DNA of 64,000 nt from Actinomycetota bacterium. Its GTDB lineage: Bacteria; Actinomycetota; Thermoleophilia; Gaiellales; Gaiellaceae. Position 1 is the stretch's first letter; each line of letters begins with the position of its first letter. This document shows, one piece after another, positions 26,348-34,686 of the stretch. The notes under the pieces are model-generated. The model saw only the letters and a list, made by a program, of their open reading frames with translations, did not search any database and was not told the DNA's origin. Made by a program: the position numbers and the translations under genes. The stretch is taken from positions 1 to 64,000 of the forward strand of contig SIRU01000058.1 in the NCBI GenBank assembly GCA_004366385.1, in the 5' to 3' direction.

Positions 26348-27663
26348 GCTCCGGCGATGTTCGCGATCTCGTCGGCGATGCCTTCGAGCCCGACCGCTCT
26401 CGAGGCCTTGACCAGGACGGCGTCACCGGGCCGGAGGTGGGCGCGGGCGGCCTCGACGGCGGCCTCCGCGTCCGGCGCCCAGACGGTCGGTGCGTACAGG
26501 CGCGCCGGCTCCCCGACGCCGACGACCTCGATGCCGCGCGTGCGCGCGAGCTCGCCGATCTCCTCGTGGAAGCGCGGAGCTGCGTCTCCGAGCTCGGCCA
26601 TCTCGCCGAGGATCGCGACCTTGCGCCGGCCCCCGCCGGCACGCTCGGCGAGGTGCTCGAGTGCGGCGCGCATCGAGTCCGGGTTCGCGTTGTAGGCGTC
26701 GTTCACGACGAAGCCGCCGCCGGGAAGCTCGAGCTCCTCACCGCGCCAGGGGCTGAGGCAGATGGCCGCGGCACCCTCGTGCGCACGGTCGAGCGGGAGG
26801 CCGAGCGCGTCGTAGGCGTGGAGCGCGGCGAGCGCGTTCACGGCGAGGTGGCGCTGGGTGAACGGGAGCTCGAGCGTCAGCTCGCGGCCGTCGATCCGGA
26901 AGTGGCCCGTGCGCCCGTTCAGGTGCGCGTCGGCGGGGTCGAAGCGGCGGAAGACCACGTCGTCGCGCGCGAGGTGCGGCTCGAGCGCAGGCGCATGCGC
27001 CGGGACGACGGCGACACCGCCCGGCGGGAGCGCCGCGATCGCCTCGGCGTTCGCGGCGGCGACGTTCTCGACCGTGCCGAGGAGCTCGAGGTGCTCAGGG
27101 CCGATGTGCGAGACGAGGACGAGGTCGGGCCGGGCGATCGCGCAGAGCTCGGCGATCTCGCCGAGCCCGCGCATCCCCATCTCGGTGACCAGGATCTCCG
27201 TGGCCGGCTCGAGGCGGCAGACGGTGAGCGGGAGCCCGAGCTCGTTGTTCAGGCTCTTGTCGGCGGCGATCGTGTGCGCGTGCGGAGCGCAGAGCGCGGC
27301 GAGGATGTCCTTCGTCGTGGTCTTGCCGGCGGAGCCGACCACCGCGACGACGCGCGCGCTCGACTTCGAGCGGACGAGGAGGGCGAGGGCGGCGAGCGCG
27401 GCCTCCTGGTCGTCGGGGACGAGCGTGGCGGCGCCGCGCGCGCGGGCGGCGCCGACGTAGCGGGTGCCGGTGTTCAGCGCGACGAACAGGTCTCCGGGAC
27501 CGGCGTCCCGCGAGTCCGCGACGATCCGGGAGACGTCCCGTCCGGGCTCGTCCGCCTCGAGCCGGCCCAGCCCGAGCGCCTCGACCTCGGCCCAGCGGAG
27601 CACGATCACCCGCTGCACCCCACAGCAGCAGCCGGCGGCCACGTTGCGGCCGACCTGTGCCAA
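26332..27663 (-). CDS. murF: UDP-N-acetylmuramoyl-tripeptide--D-alanyl-D-alanine ligase
   Basis: GSAGKTTTKD P-loop and DAYNANP motif. Start uncertain: TTG27663 is the longest, but GTG27618, GTG27609 or GTG27603 fit the usual MurF N-terminus better. Confidence 0.9.
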   Translation of the reverse strand: MAQVGRNVAAGCCCGVQRVIVLRWAEVEALGLGRLEADEPGRDVSRIVADSRDAGPGDLFVALNTGTRYVGAARARGAATLVPDDQEAALAALALLVRSKSSARVVAVVGSAGKTTTKDILAALCAPHAHTIAADKSLNNELGLPLTVCRLEPATEILVTEMGMRGLGEIAELCAIARPDLVLVSHIGPEHLELLGTVENVAAANAEAIAALPPGGVAVVPAHAPALEPHLARDDVVFRRFDPADAHLNGRTGHFRIDGRELTLELPFTQRHLAVNALAALHAYDALGLPLDRAHEGAAAICLSPWRGEELELPGGGFVVNDAYNANPDSMRAALEHLAERAGGGRRKVAILGEMAELGDAAPRFHEEIGELARTRGIEVVGVGEPARLYAPTVWAPDAEAAVEAARAHLRPGDAVLVKASRAVGLEGIADEIANIAGAWSQS

Positions 27664-27686
27664 GAGCGCAACGATCTCTCCCCACC

Positions 27687-27733
27687 GACATGTCCCAGGG
27701 TCAGACCCTCGACACGTCCGCAGCGGACACGTC
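27687..27733. promoter_or_regulatory. three GACAYGTC palindromic boxes in the murE-murF spacer
   Basis: GACATGTC 27687-27694, GACACGTC 27711-27718 and 27726-27733, plus palindrome GGGTC-A-GACCC 27698-27708. This is the only sizeable gap inside the mur gene block. Confidence 0.35.
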
Positions 27734-27777
27734 GCGCGTTACGAGTGTGCGCCGATCCGTCCACAGGCATCGTCGAG

Positions 27778-29286
27778 TCAGCGGGACGCGCCCAGCGCCG
27801 CCAGCGCCTCGCGAGCGACGACGCGGTCGTCGAAGGGAAGGACGACGCCGCCGGCCTCTTGCCCTTGCTCGTGCCCCTTCCCCGCGATCAGGACGACGTC
27901 CCCGGGCTCGGCGAGCCCGATCGCCCGCTCGATCGCCGAGCGCCGGTCGGGGTCGATCTCGACGTCCAACCCTGCCCCCTGGAGGACGTCCTGGATGATC
28001 GCGAGCGGATCCTCGGAGCGCGGGTTGTCGGAGGTCACGATGGCGACGTCCGCGAGCTGGACTGCGATCCGCCCCATCAGCGGCCGCTTGCCACGGTCGC
28101 GGTCCCCGCCCGCGCCGAAGACGACGAGCACGCGCCCCTCCGCGAGGTCACGCGCTGCCCGCAGCGCGGTCTCGAGAGAGTCGGGCGTGTGCGAATAGTC
28201 CACGATCACCGCGAACGGCTGCCCGGCGTCGACCGGCTCGAACCGCCCCGGCACCGAGGCCACCGACGCCACCCCCTCGACGATCGCCTCCTCCGGAAGG
28301 TCGATCAGCAGCGCAGCCGCCACCGCCCCGAGCGCGTTCTCGACGTTGAACCGCCCGCGGAGCGGCGTCTCCAGCTCGAGCCCCGCGGCCCGGAACCGGC
28401 TCCCGTCGGGCCGCACCTCGAGCCCTTCCGCCCATACCTCCGCCCCGGCCTCGAGCCCGAACGTGATGAGCGGCGCGCGGTGCGACTCGGCGAGCTCGGC
28501 CGCCAGCCGGCGTCCCCACTCGTCCCCGATGCACACCACCGCCGGCGGCGGCTGCGCCCCCGAGAAGAGCCGCCGCTTCGCCTGGAAGTACGCCTCCATC
28601 GATCCGTGCAGGTCGAGGTGGTCCTGGCTGAGGTTCGTGAACACGAGCGCGGCGAAGCGCACCCGCTCGAGCCGCCCGAGCGCCGACCCGTGCGACGAGG
28701 CCTCCACCGCCGCGCTGCGATCCCCCGCGTCGAGCATCGCGCGGAAGAGCCGCTGGAGCTCGATCGCCTCCGGCGTCGTGAACGGCGCCGGCCGCCGCTC
28801 GCCGCCGACGATCCACTCCACGGTGCCGACCAGCCCCGGCGCGCGTCCGGCGGCCTGCAGCATCGCGTGCAGCAGGTACGTCGTCGTCGTCTTGCCATTC
28901 GTCCCGGTGACGCCCACGACCTCGAGCTCCTTCGTCGGCTCCCCGAAGAAGGCGTCCGCCGCGACCGCCATCGCCGAACGCGCGTCGGGCACCACGAGCT
29001 GCGGCACGTCTGCCTCCACGGGACGCTCGACCACGAGCGCGGCCGCTCCCCGCCTCACCGCAGCCCCTGCCAGCTCGTGCCCGTCCACCCGCGACCCGGG
29101 CACGCAGAAGAAGAGGGCGCCGTCGCCCACCGCGCGCGTGTCGTGTGCGAGGTCGCCGATCTCGACCGGCCGGGCTCCGATCACCTCGCTCGGGGCGAGC
29201 GCCCGGATCAGGGCCTCGAGCTCCACGGGCGGAACGGTAACGAAACGGCCTGCGCGCTCAGCCCGCAGCGGGCCGGCGCGGAGCAT
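27778..29286 (-). CDS. murE: UDP-N-acetylmuramoyl-L-alanyl-D-glutamate--2,6-diaminopimelate ligase
   Basis: 502 aa. GVTGTNGKTTTT P-loop. DNPR motif (SDNPRSEDP) typical of meso-DAP-adding MurE. ATG29286 overlaps the ftsI 3' end by 29 nt (alternative GTG29226). Confidence 0.93.
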   Translation of the reverse strand: MLRAGPLRAERAGRFVTVPPVELEALIRALAPSEVIGARPVEIGDLAHDTRAVGDGALFFCVPGSRVDGHELAGAAVRRGAAALVVERPVEADVPQLVVPDARSAMAVAADAFFGEPTKELEVVGVTGTNGKTTTTYLLHAMLQAAGRAPGLVGTVEWIVGGERRPAPFTTPEAIELQRLFRAMLDAGDRSAAVEASSHGSALGRLERVRFAALVFTNLSQDHLDLHGSMEAYFQAKRRLFSGAQPPPAVVCIGDEWGRRLAAELAESHRAPLITFGLEAGAEVWAEGLEVRPDGSRFRAAGLELETPLRGRFNVENALGAVAAALLIDLPEEAIVEGVASVASVPGRFEPVDAGQPFAVIVDYSHTPDSLETALRAARDLAEGRVLVVFGAGGDRDRGKRPLMGRIAVQLADVAIVTSDNPRSEDPLAIIQDVLQGAGLDVEIDPDRRSAIERAIGLAEPGDVVLIAGKGHEQGQEAGGVVLPFDDRVVAREALAALGASR

Positions 29287-30946
29287 CGGGCGGCACCTCG
29301 AGGTGCTGGAGGTTGAAGCGCGCCATCTCGCGGAACGCAGGCGCCGCCACGACGCCGCCGTAGATGGCGCCGGCGGGCTCGTCGACCATGACCATGATCA
29401 CGACCCGCGGCTTCGTCGCCGGCACGAGCCCGACGAACGAGGCCACGTAGCGCGAGCGCGAGTAGCGGCCGGTGCGCGGGTCGATCTTGGCCGCGGTGCC
29501 CGTCTTGCCCGCGACCGTGTAGCCGGGGATCGCGGCCTCGGTGCCCGTGCCCTCGATCACCACGCCGCGCAGCATCGAGAGCATCTGGGCCGACACCGCC
29601 TTCGAGACGATCCGCTTGCCGCGCGCGCGCTCGACCCGCTTGCCCGCGATGCTGTCGACGAGGTGCGGTGTCACGAGCACGCCGCCGTTCGCGATGGCGG
29701 CGTACGCCCGCGCCATCTGGACGGGCGTGACGGCGATCCCGTGCCCGATCGGCACGGTCCCGATGGTGGAGCCCGACCACTCCTCGGGCGGCAGAGCGAA
29801 CCCGGCCGACTCGCCCGGGAAGTCGATGCCCGTCCTCTTCCCGAAGCCGAAGCGGTCGATCCAGTGCGCCAGCCGTCCTTCCCCGAGCCGCTGCGCGATC
29901 GTGATCGTCCCCACGTTCGACGAGTGCTCGACGATGCCGCGCACGGTCATGTGCTGCGTCGGGCGCGGGTGCGCCTCGTGGATCATGCGGTCCGCGACCT
30001 TGATCGTCGGCGGGAGGCGGAAGGACGACCCCGGCGCCACGATCCCCTCCTCGAGAGCTGCGCCGATCGTCACGAGCTTGAACGTGGAACCGGGCTCGTA
30101 GGTGTCCGTGACCGCCCGGTTCCGCCGCCGGTCCGCCCGCGTCTTCGGGAAGCGGTTCGCGTTGAAGCCCGGAGCGACCGCCATGGCCAGGATCGCCCCC
30201 GTGTACGGGTCCATCACGATCGCCGACGCCGAACGCGCCCCGAAGCGCTGCACCGTCTGCTTGAGGACGTCCTCGGCGTTCGCCTGGATCTGATGGTCGA
30301 GCGTCACGCGCACGTTCCTGCCGTGCGACTCGGGCCGCGTCGAGACGATGTCGAGCGTGCGCCCGGTCGCATCCTTCACGATCGTCCGGCTCCCGGGCCG
30401 CCCAGCCAGGCTCTTCTCCAGCGACCGCTCGAGGCCCTCGAGGCCCTTGTTGTCGGTGCCGGCGTAGCCGAGCACCTGGGCGGCGACAGGCCCCTGTGGG
30501 TACGTGCGCAGCTCCTCGGGGAAGAAGCCGAGCCCGGCGAGGGCGAGCTGCTCGAGACGCTCGGCGGCGAGCGGCTCCGCCTTGCGCGCGACGTACACGA
30601 AGCCGCGCGAGCGGTCCTCCAGCTGCTCGAACACCTCCGCCGGCTGGAGGCGGAGGGTCCTGCCCACGGCGAGCGCGACTTCGCGCGGCCGCTCGACCTG
30701 CTGCGGGTTGGCGTACACGGTGGTGGTCCGGCGGCCGATCGCGAGCGGCTCCCCGTTCCGGTCGAGGATCGTCCCGCGTGCGGCCGGCACGACGACCGTC
30801 TCCCGGTGTTGCTTCACGGCCATCGCCGCGTAGGCCTTGCCGTTCACGCCCTGGAGCCAGAAGGCGCGGCCGAGCGCGACGGCGAGCAGGGTCACGAACA
30901 GCGCCGCGAGGACGATGATCCGGCGGTTCGTGGCCGCGCGCGTCAC
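29258..30946 (-). CDS. ftsI: class B penicillin-binding protein (FtsI-type transpeptidase)
   Basis: 562 aa. N-terminal TM. STFK (GSTFKLV), SSN (HSSNVG) and KTGT (GKTGTA) motifs. Confidence 0.93.
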   Translation of the reverse strand: MTRAATNRRIIVLAALFVTLLAVALGRAFWLQGVNGKAYAAMAVKQHRETVVVPAARGTILDRNGEPLAIGRRTTTVYANPQQVERPREVALAVGRTLRLQPAEVFEQLEDRSRGFVYVARKAEPLAAERLEQLALAGLGFFPEELRTYPQGPVAAQVLGYAGTDNKGLEGLERSLEKSLAGRPGSRTIVKDATGRTLDIVSTRPESHGRNVRVTLDHQIQANAEDVLKQTVQRFGARSASAIVMDPYTGAILAMAVAPGFNANRFPKTRADRRRNRAVTDTYEPGSTFKLVTIGAALEEGIVAPGSSFRLPPTIKVADRMIHEAHPRPTQHMTVRGIVEHSSNVGTITIAQRLGEGRLAHWIDRFGFGKRTGIDFPGESAGFALPPEEWSGSTIGTVPIGHGIAVTPVQMARAYAAIANGGVLVTPHLVDSIAGKRVERARGKRIVSKAVSAQMLSMLRGVVIEGTGTEAAIPGYTVAGKTGTAAKIDPRTGRYSRSRYVASFVGLVPATKPRVVIMVMVDEPAGAIYGGVVAAPAFREMARFNLQHLEVPPDAPRRPAAG

Positions 30947-31299
30947 CGGCGAATCCGGACGTAGACCGTGTCCGACGGATCGGCCTGCGCGAGCCCGAGC
31001 TCCGTTGTCGCGACCCGCTCGATGCGCGCCGTCGCGGACGCGCTCGAGAGCTCGGATCGCAGGCGGGCGAGGTCGGACTCGAGCTCGGTCCGCTCCCGGC
31101 CGACGCCGTCGAGCTCGAGGTTCAGCTCGAGCACGGCCACGTTGACTGCGACGACTCCGGCGAGCAGCACGGCGAAGAGGAGGATCCAGAGCACGCCCCC
31201 GCCCAGGCCGCGCGCCTTCGTCTCCGGCCGTGATCGGCGCGCCGACTGCCGGCGCGGACGGCCCCGCGCGACACTCGCGCCCTGGGCGACGCTCGACAC
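30943..31299 (-). CDS. ftsL: FtsL-like cell division protein
   Basis: 118 aa from GTG31299, 2 nt after the rsmH stop. Basic N-tail, one TM (VLWILLFAVLLAGVVAVNVAVL), then a coiled-coil. The stop overlaps the ftsI start (GTGA). The call rests on position and architecture. Confidence 0.75.
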   Translation of the reverse strand: MSSVAQGASVARGRPRRQSARRSRPETKARGLGGGVLWILLFAVLLAGVVAVNVAVLELNLELDGVGRERTELESDLARLRSELSSASATARIERVATTELGLAQADPSDTVYVRIRR

Positions 31300-31301
31300 C
31301 G

Positions 31302-32261
31302 CTAGACCTTGACCGCCGCGCGCAGCCGCGCCGACGCCGCGCGCGGGTTGAGGTCGGTCTCGGAGCGCGACGGCCGCACCGCCTTCGTGGTCAGGAGCCG
31401 CAGCTCCGGCTCCTTCCCGCACACGCACACCGGGAAGTCGGGCGGGCACGTGCAGCCGCGCGCTCGCTCGCGGAGGAAGCGCTTCACGATCCGGTCCTCG
31501 AGCGAGTGGAAGCTGATGACGGCCAGCCGCCCGCCGGGCCGAAGCATCTCGAAGGCCGCGGGCAGGCCGGCCGCGAGCGACTCGAGCTCGTGGTTCACCT
31601 CGATGCGCAGCGCCTGGAAGACGCGCTTGGCGGGGTGGCCCTCGCCGAAGCGCGCAGGCGCCGGGATCGAGGCGCGCACGACGTCCACCAGCTGGCCGGT
31701 GCGCTCGATCGGCTCCTGCTCGCGACGCCGCACGATCCCGCGCGCGATCTGCCGCGCGTACCGCTCCTCGCCGTAGCGGCGGAAGACGTCCGCCAGCTCG
31801 CGCTCGCCCCACGTCCCAACGATGTCGGCCGCGCTCGGCTCGTCCGAGGGGTCCATGCGCATGTCGAGCGGCGCGTCGGCGGCGTACGAGAACCCGCGCT
31901 CGTGCCTGTCGACCTGCATCGACGACAGGCCGAGGTCGAGCAGCACCGCGTCGGCCTTCACGTCGTTCGCGGCGAGCTGCGAGAGGACGACGGCGTAGTC
32001 GCCGCGAAGGAAGCGGAGCTGCGCCCCACGCGCGGAGGCCTTCAGGCGATCGAAGTACGGGCGCACACTCGGATCGCGGTCGATCGCGGTGAGCTTCCCG
32101 CGCCCGCCGAGATCCTCGAGCAGGAGACGGGAGTGCCCTCCCGCTCCGAAGGTCGCGTCGACGACGCTCTCGCCCGGGCGCACGGCGAGGAGCTCCCGCA
32201 CCTCGTCCGCGAGGACCGGGACGTGATCAGCTGCGTTGGGCCGCAAGACGTTCGGCAACAT
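31302..32261 (-). CDS. rsmH: 16S rRNA (cytosine1402-N4)-methyltransferase
   Basis: 319 aa. HVPVLADEV and SAM motif DATFGAGGHS. The start overlaps the mraZ 3' end by 35 nt. Confidence 0.93.
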   Translation of the reverse strand: MLPNVLRPNAADHVPVLADEVRELLAVRPGESVVDATFGAGGHSRLLLEDLGGRGKLTAIDRDPSVRPYFDRLKASARGAQLRFLRGDYAVVLSQLAANDVKADAVLLDLGLSSMQVDRHERGFSYAADAPLDMRMDPSDEPSAADIVGTWGERELADVFRRYGEERYARQIARGIVRRREQEPIERTGQLVDVVRASIPAPARFGEGHPAKRVFQALRIEVNHELESLAAGLPAAFEMLRPGGRLAVISFHSLEDRIVKRFLRERARGCTCPPDFPVCVCGKEPELRLLTTKAVRPSRSETDLNPRAASARLRAAVKV

Positions 32262-32658
32262 CGCCCGCCCTCCCTTTCATCTCGGTCAGCTGCGTCTCCC
32301 ACTCCGCCCGATCCCAGATCTCCAGGTGATCGCTGACGCCGGCGAGCACCACGTCCTTGCCCAGGCCCGCGTGCTCCGCGAGGTGCGGCGGGACGATCAC
32401 GCGCCCCTGCCGGTCCGGCTCGACCACCGCCGCGCTGGAGAACACGAAGCGCTTCAGCAGGCGGCCCTCGCTGGTGAGCTGGTCGAGCTCCGAGATCCGC
32501 GCCATCCGCTCGTCCCACGTGTCCCGCGGATACACGTCGACCTGCCCCTCGAGGCCGCGCGTGAGCACGACGCCGCCGGCCAGGGCAGGCCGGAAGCGAG
32601 CCGGGAGCGTGATCCGGCTCTTCTCGTCGATCGTGTGCACGTACTGGCCGTGGAACAT
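32227..32658 (-). CDS. mraZ: transcriptional regulator MraZ
   Basis: 143 aa from ATG32658. Two SpoVT/AbrB-like halves (DEKSRITLP and DRQGRVIVP). Confidence 0.93.
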   Translation of the reverse strand: MFHGQYVHTIDEKSRITLPARFRPALAGGVVLTRGLEGQVDVYPRDTWDERMARISELDQLTSEGRLLKRFVFSSAAVVEPDRQGRVIVPPHLAEHAGLGKDVVLAGVSDHLEIWDRAEWETQLTEMKGRAGDVAERLAAQRS

Positions 32659-32680
32659 GGGCTCGGGTGGGATCGATTCC

Positions 32681-32714
32681 CCACGATGCCCCACCTTACT
32701 CCACTTTCCACCAC
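32681..32714 (-). promoter_or_regulatory. MraZ-type operator: four GTGG boxes at exact 10-bp phasing
   Basis: Plus-strand CCAC at 32681, 32691, 32701 and 32711 (minus-strand GTGG(G) direct repeats). A fifth CCAC at 32732. Located 23-56 nt upstream of the mraZ ATG. Confidence 0.6.
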
Positions 32715-32721
32715 TTCGCAA
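32693..32721 (-). promoter_or_regulatory. candidate Pmra promoter
   Basis: Minus-strand TTGCGA (32721-32716), 17-nt spacer, TAAGGT (32698-32693). The GTGG boxes cover the spacer, the -10 and the predicted start site. Confidence 0.5.
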
Positions 32722-32793
32722 CCCTCGCACTCCACCGACTGCTGCACCCGTGGCAACGAGAGAGCGACTCCTTCTCCGTGGGAGGGGCGTGTC

Positions 32794-33615
32794 CTAGATG
32801 GGCACGCGCTCGGCGTGCACGCCCGGGCCGGCCATCGCGCCGGCGCCGCAGCGGGCGGCGAAGGCGAGCGCGTCCTGCGTCTCGAGCCCCGCGGCGAGCG
32901 CGAACGTGAGCCCCGCCGCGAAGCAGTCGCCCGCACCGTACGCGTCCGCCCGGCTCTCGGGCGGCGGCGCGGCGGTGAAGGGGCCGCCCGGCTGCGCCCA
33001 GCCGCCGAGGGCGCCCGACGTCGTCACCACGAGCTTCGGCTCGGGATCGAGGGCGCCGGGGCGATACATCTCCGCCTCGTCCTTGCCGCTCCCGACGAGC
33101 ACGTCGAGCTCGACGGAGCCGCGCTCGAGCGTGCCGAGCTCCCGGGCGGTCGCGCACAGGACCCGTCCGCGCCGCGCGGCCACGAGCGCGTCCACATCGC
33201 CCGCGCAGAAGTACACCGCGTCGCAGCGCGCCAGTTCGTGCCAGGGGAGAGAGTCGTCGTGCCCGCGCGGGCCGAGCTTCGGGCCGATCGTCGTGATCGT
33301 GCGCTCGCCGGCCTCGTCCACGTACGTGATCCCTCTGCGCTGAGGCGTCTCGACGAGCGACGCGTGCACCTCGATCCCCCGCTCCTCGAGCTCCGCGCGC
33401 GCCCTCTGCCCCAGCTCGTCGACTCCGAGCGTGGTGAAGAACAGCACCGAGTCGGCGAGCAGCGAGAGCTGGATCGCGGCCACGGAGCCCCCTCCGCCGG
33501 CCTGCTCCCACGACTCCAGCGTCCCCACGATCTCGCCCGGACGGGGGACACGCTCGACCGGGAGGAACTCGATCCACTCGACGTGTCCGACCACTGCCGC
33601 GTGCACGGCCGACAT
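32794..33615 (-). CDS. PfkB-family carbohydrate kinase
   Basis: 273 aa from ATG33615. C-terminal DAYGAGDCFAAG matches the ribokinase-family DxxGAGDxF motif. Confidence 0.85.
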   Translation of the reverse strand: MSAVHAAVVGHVEWIEFLPVERVPRPGEIVGTLESWEQAGGGGSVAAIQLSLLADSVLFFTTLGVDELGQRARAELEERGIEVHASLVETPQRRGITYVDEAGERTITTIGPKLGPRGHDDSLPWHELARCDAVYFCAGDVDALVAARRGRVLCATARELGTLERGSVELDVLVGSGKDEAEMYRPGALDPEPKLVVTTSGALGGWAQPGGPFTAAPPPESRADAYGAGDCFAAGLTFALAAGLETQDALAFAARCGAGAMAGPGVHAERVPI

Positions 33616-33650
33616 GCTCACAGATCGGCCCCACCTGCCGTTTGAGGGTG

Positions 33651-34115
33651 ATGATGCAGGACGTGGCGATCCCGCCCTTCGAGCACTTCTACGAGCAGCA
33701 CCGCGGCGAGGTGCTCGGCCTCCTCCGCAGGCGGCTCGGCCGCGAGCGCGCCGAGGACGCCTTCCAGGAGACGTTCCTGCGCGCGCTCCAGGCGTACCGG
33801 CGGCTCGAGCACGGCGAGCACCTGCGCGCATGGGTGCTCACGATCGCCAGGAACGTCGCGATCGACACGCTGCGCCGGTCGCGGCCCGCGAGCGAGCTCG
33901 TCGAGACGGGCGCCGAGGACTCGCGGCCGGCCTACGAGGAGCTCGCGCCGCTCACCGACGGCCTCCCGCCCAAGGAGCGCGCCGCCGTCGTGCTCCGCTT
34001 CGGCTACGACCTCCCCTACGACCAGATCGCGGCCGCGCTCGGCTCGAGCGAGGACGCCGCCAGGCAGGCGGCCTCGACCGGCGTGCGCAAGCTGCGCGAA
34101 AGGACCTCGACATGA
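33651..34115 (+). CDS. ECF-type RNA polymerase sigma factor
   Basis: Region 2 (AEDAFQETFLRAL ... LRAWVLTIARNVAID) and region 4 HTH (LPPKERAAVVLRFGYDLPYDQIAAALG). Start is ATG33651 or ATG33654, after GAGG. The longest ORF starts at TTG33642. Confidence 0.88.
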   Translation: MMQDVAIPPFEHFYEQHRGEVLGLLRRRLGRERAEDAFQETFLRALQAYRRLEHGEHLRAWVLTIARNVAIDTLRRSRPASELVETGAEDSRPAYEELAPLTDGLPPKERAAVVLRFGYDLPYDQIAAALGSSEDAARQAASTGVRKLRERTST

Positions 34116-34672
34116 CCGTCTCTCCCGATCTCGACCGCCGCTTCCGCGACGCTGCCGCGACGCTCGGACTGCTCGACGTCGGCTTCGACGTCGTCGAGAC
34201 GCCGCTCGGCCGGCTCCTCGTCGCCGCCTCCGACCGCGGCCTCGCGTCCATCTCGTTCGACGCGGAGCCCGAGGAGCAGCTCGAGCGGCTCGCGCGCATC
34301 GCCGGGCCACGCGTCCTCCGCGCGCCGCGGTCGGTGGACGAGGCCCGCCGCGAGCTCGGCGAGTACTTCGAGGGCCGGCGGCACGCGTTCGACCTCGCGC
34401 TCGACCTGCGCGCGCTCCCGCAATTCACCGTGTCCGTCCTCGAGGAGCTCGCGCAGGTCCCGTACGGCGAGACGACGACGTACGGCGCCCTCGCCGCCCG
34501 CGTCGGCCGCCCGCGCGCGGCGCGGGCCGTCGGGACGGTGATGAACCGGAACCGCATCCCCATCGTCCTCCCGTGCCACCGCGTCGTGGGGTCGACCGGG
34601 AGCCTCGTCGGCTACGCCGGCGGGCTCGACCGCAAGACCGCGCTGCTCCGGCTCGAGGGCGCGATGCTGTAA
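34112..34672 (+). CDS. ogt: methylated-DNA--protein-cysteine methyltransferase
   Basis: 186 aa. ATG34112 overlaps the sigma-factor TGA (ATGA). Active-site IPIVLPCHRVV and YGETTTYG helix-turn-wing region. Confidence 0.9.
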   Translation: MTVSPDLDRRFRDAAATLGLLDVGFDVVETPLGRLLVAASDRGLASISFDAEPEEQLERLARIAGPRVLRAPRSVDEARRELGEYFEGRRHAFDLALDLRALPQFTVSVLEELAQVPYGETTTYGALAARVGRPRAARAVGTVMNRNRIPIVLPCHRVVGSTGSLVGYAGGLDRKTALLRLEGAML

Positions 34673-34686
34673 GGCGAGGCTCGCCT

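Noticed and set aside
30454-30482. TTGTCGGTG resembling the mycobacterial RecA-NDp / PafBC promoter motif. A second TGTCGGTG lies on the minus strand at 27683-27690.
   Set aside because: No TANNNT follows at the required ~8-nt distance. The first site is antisense inside ftsI. Both are compatible with chance in GC-rich DNA.
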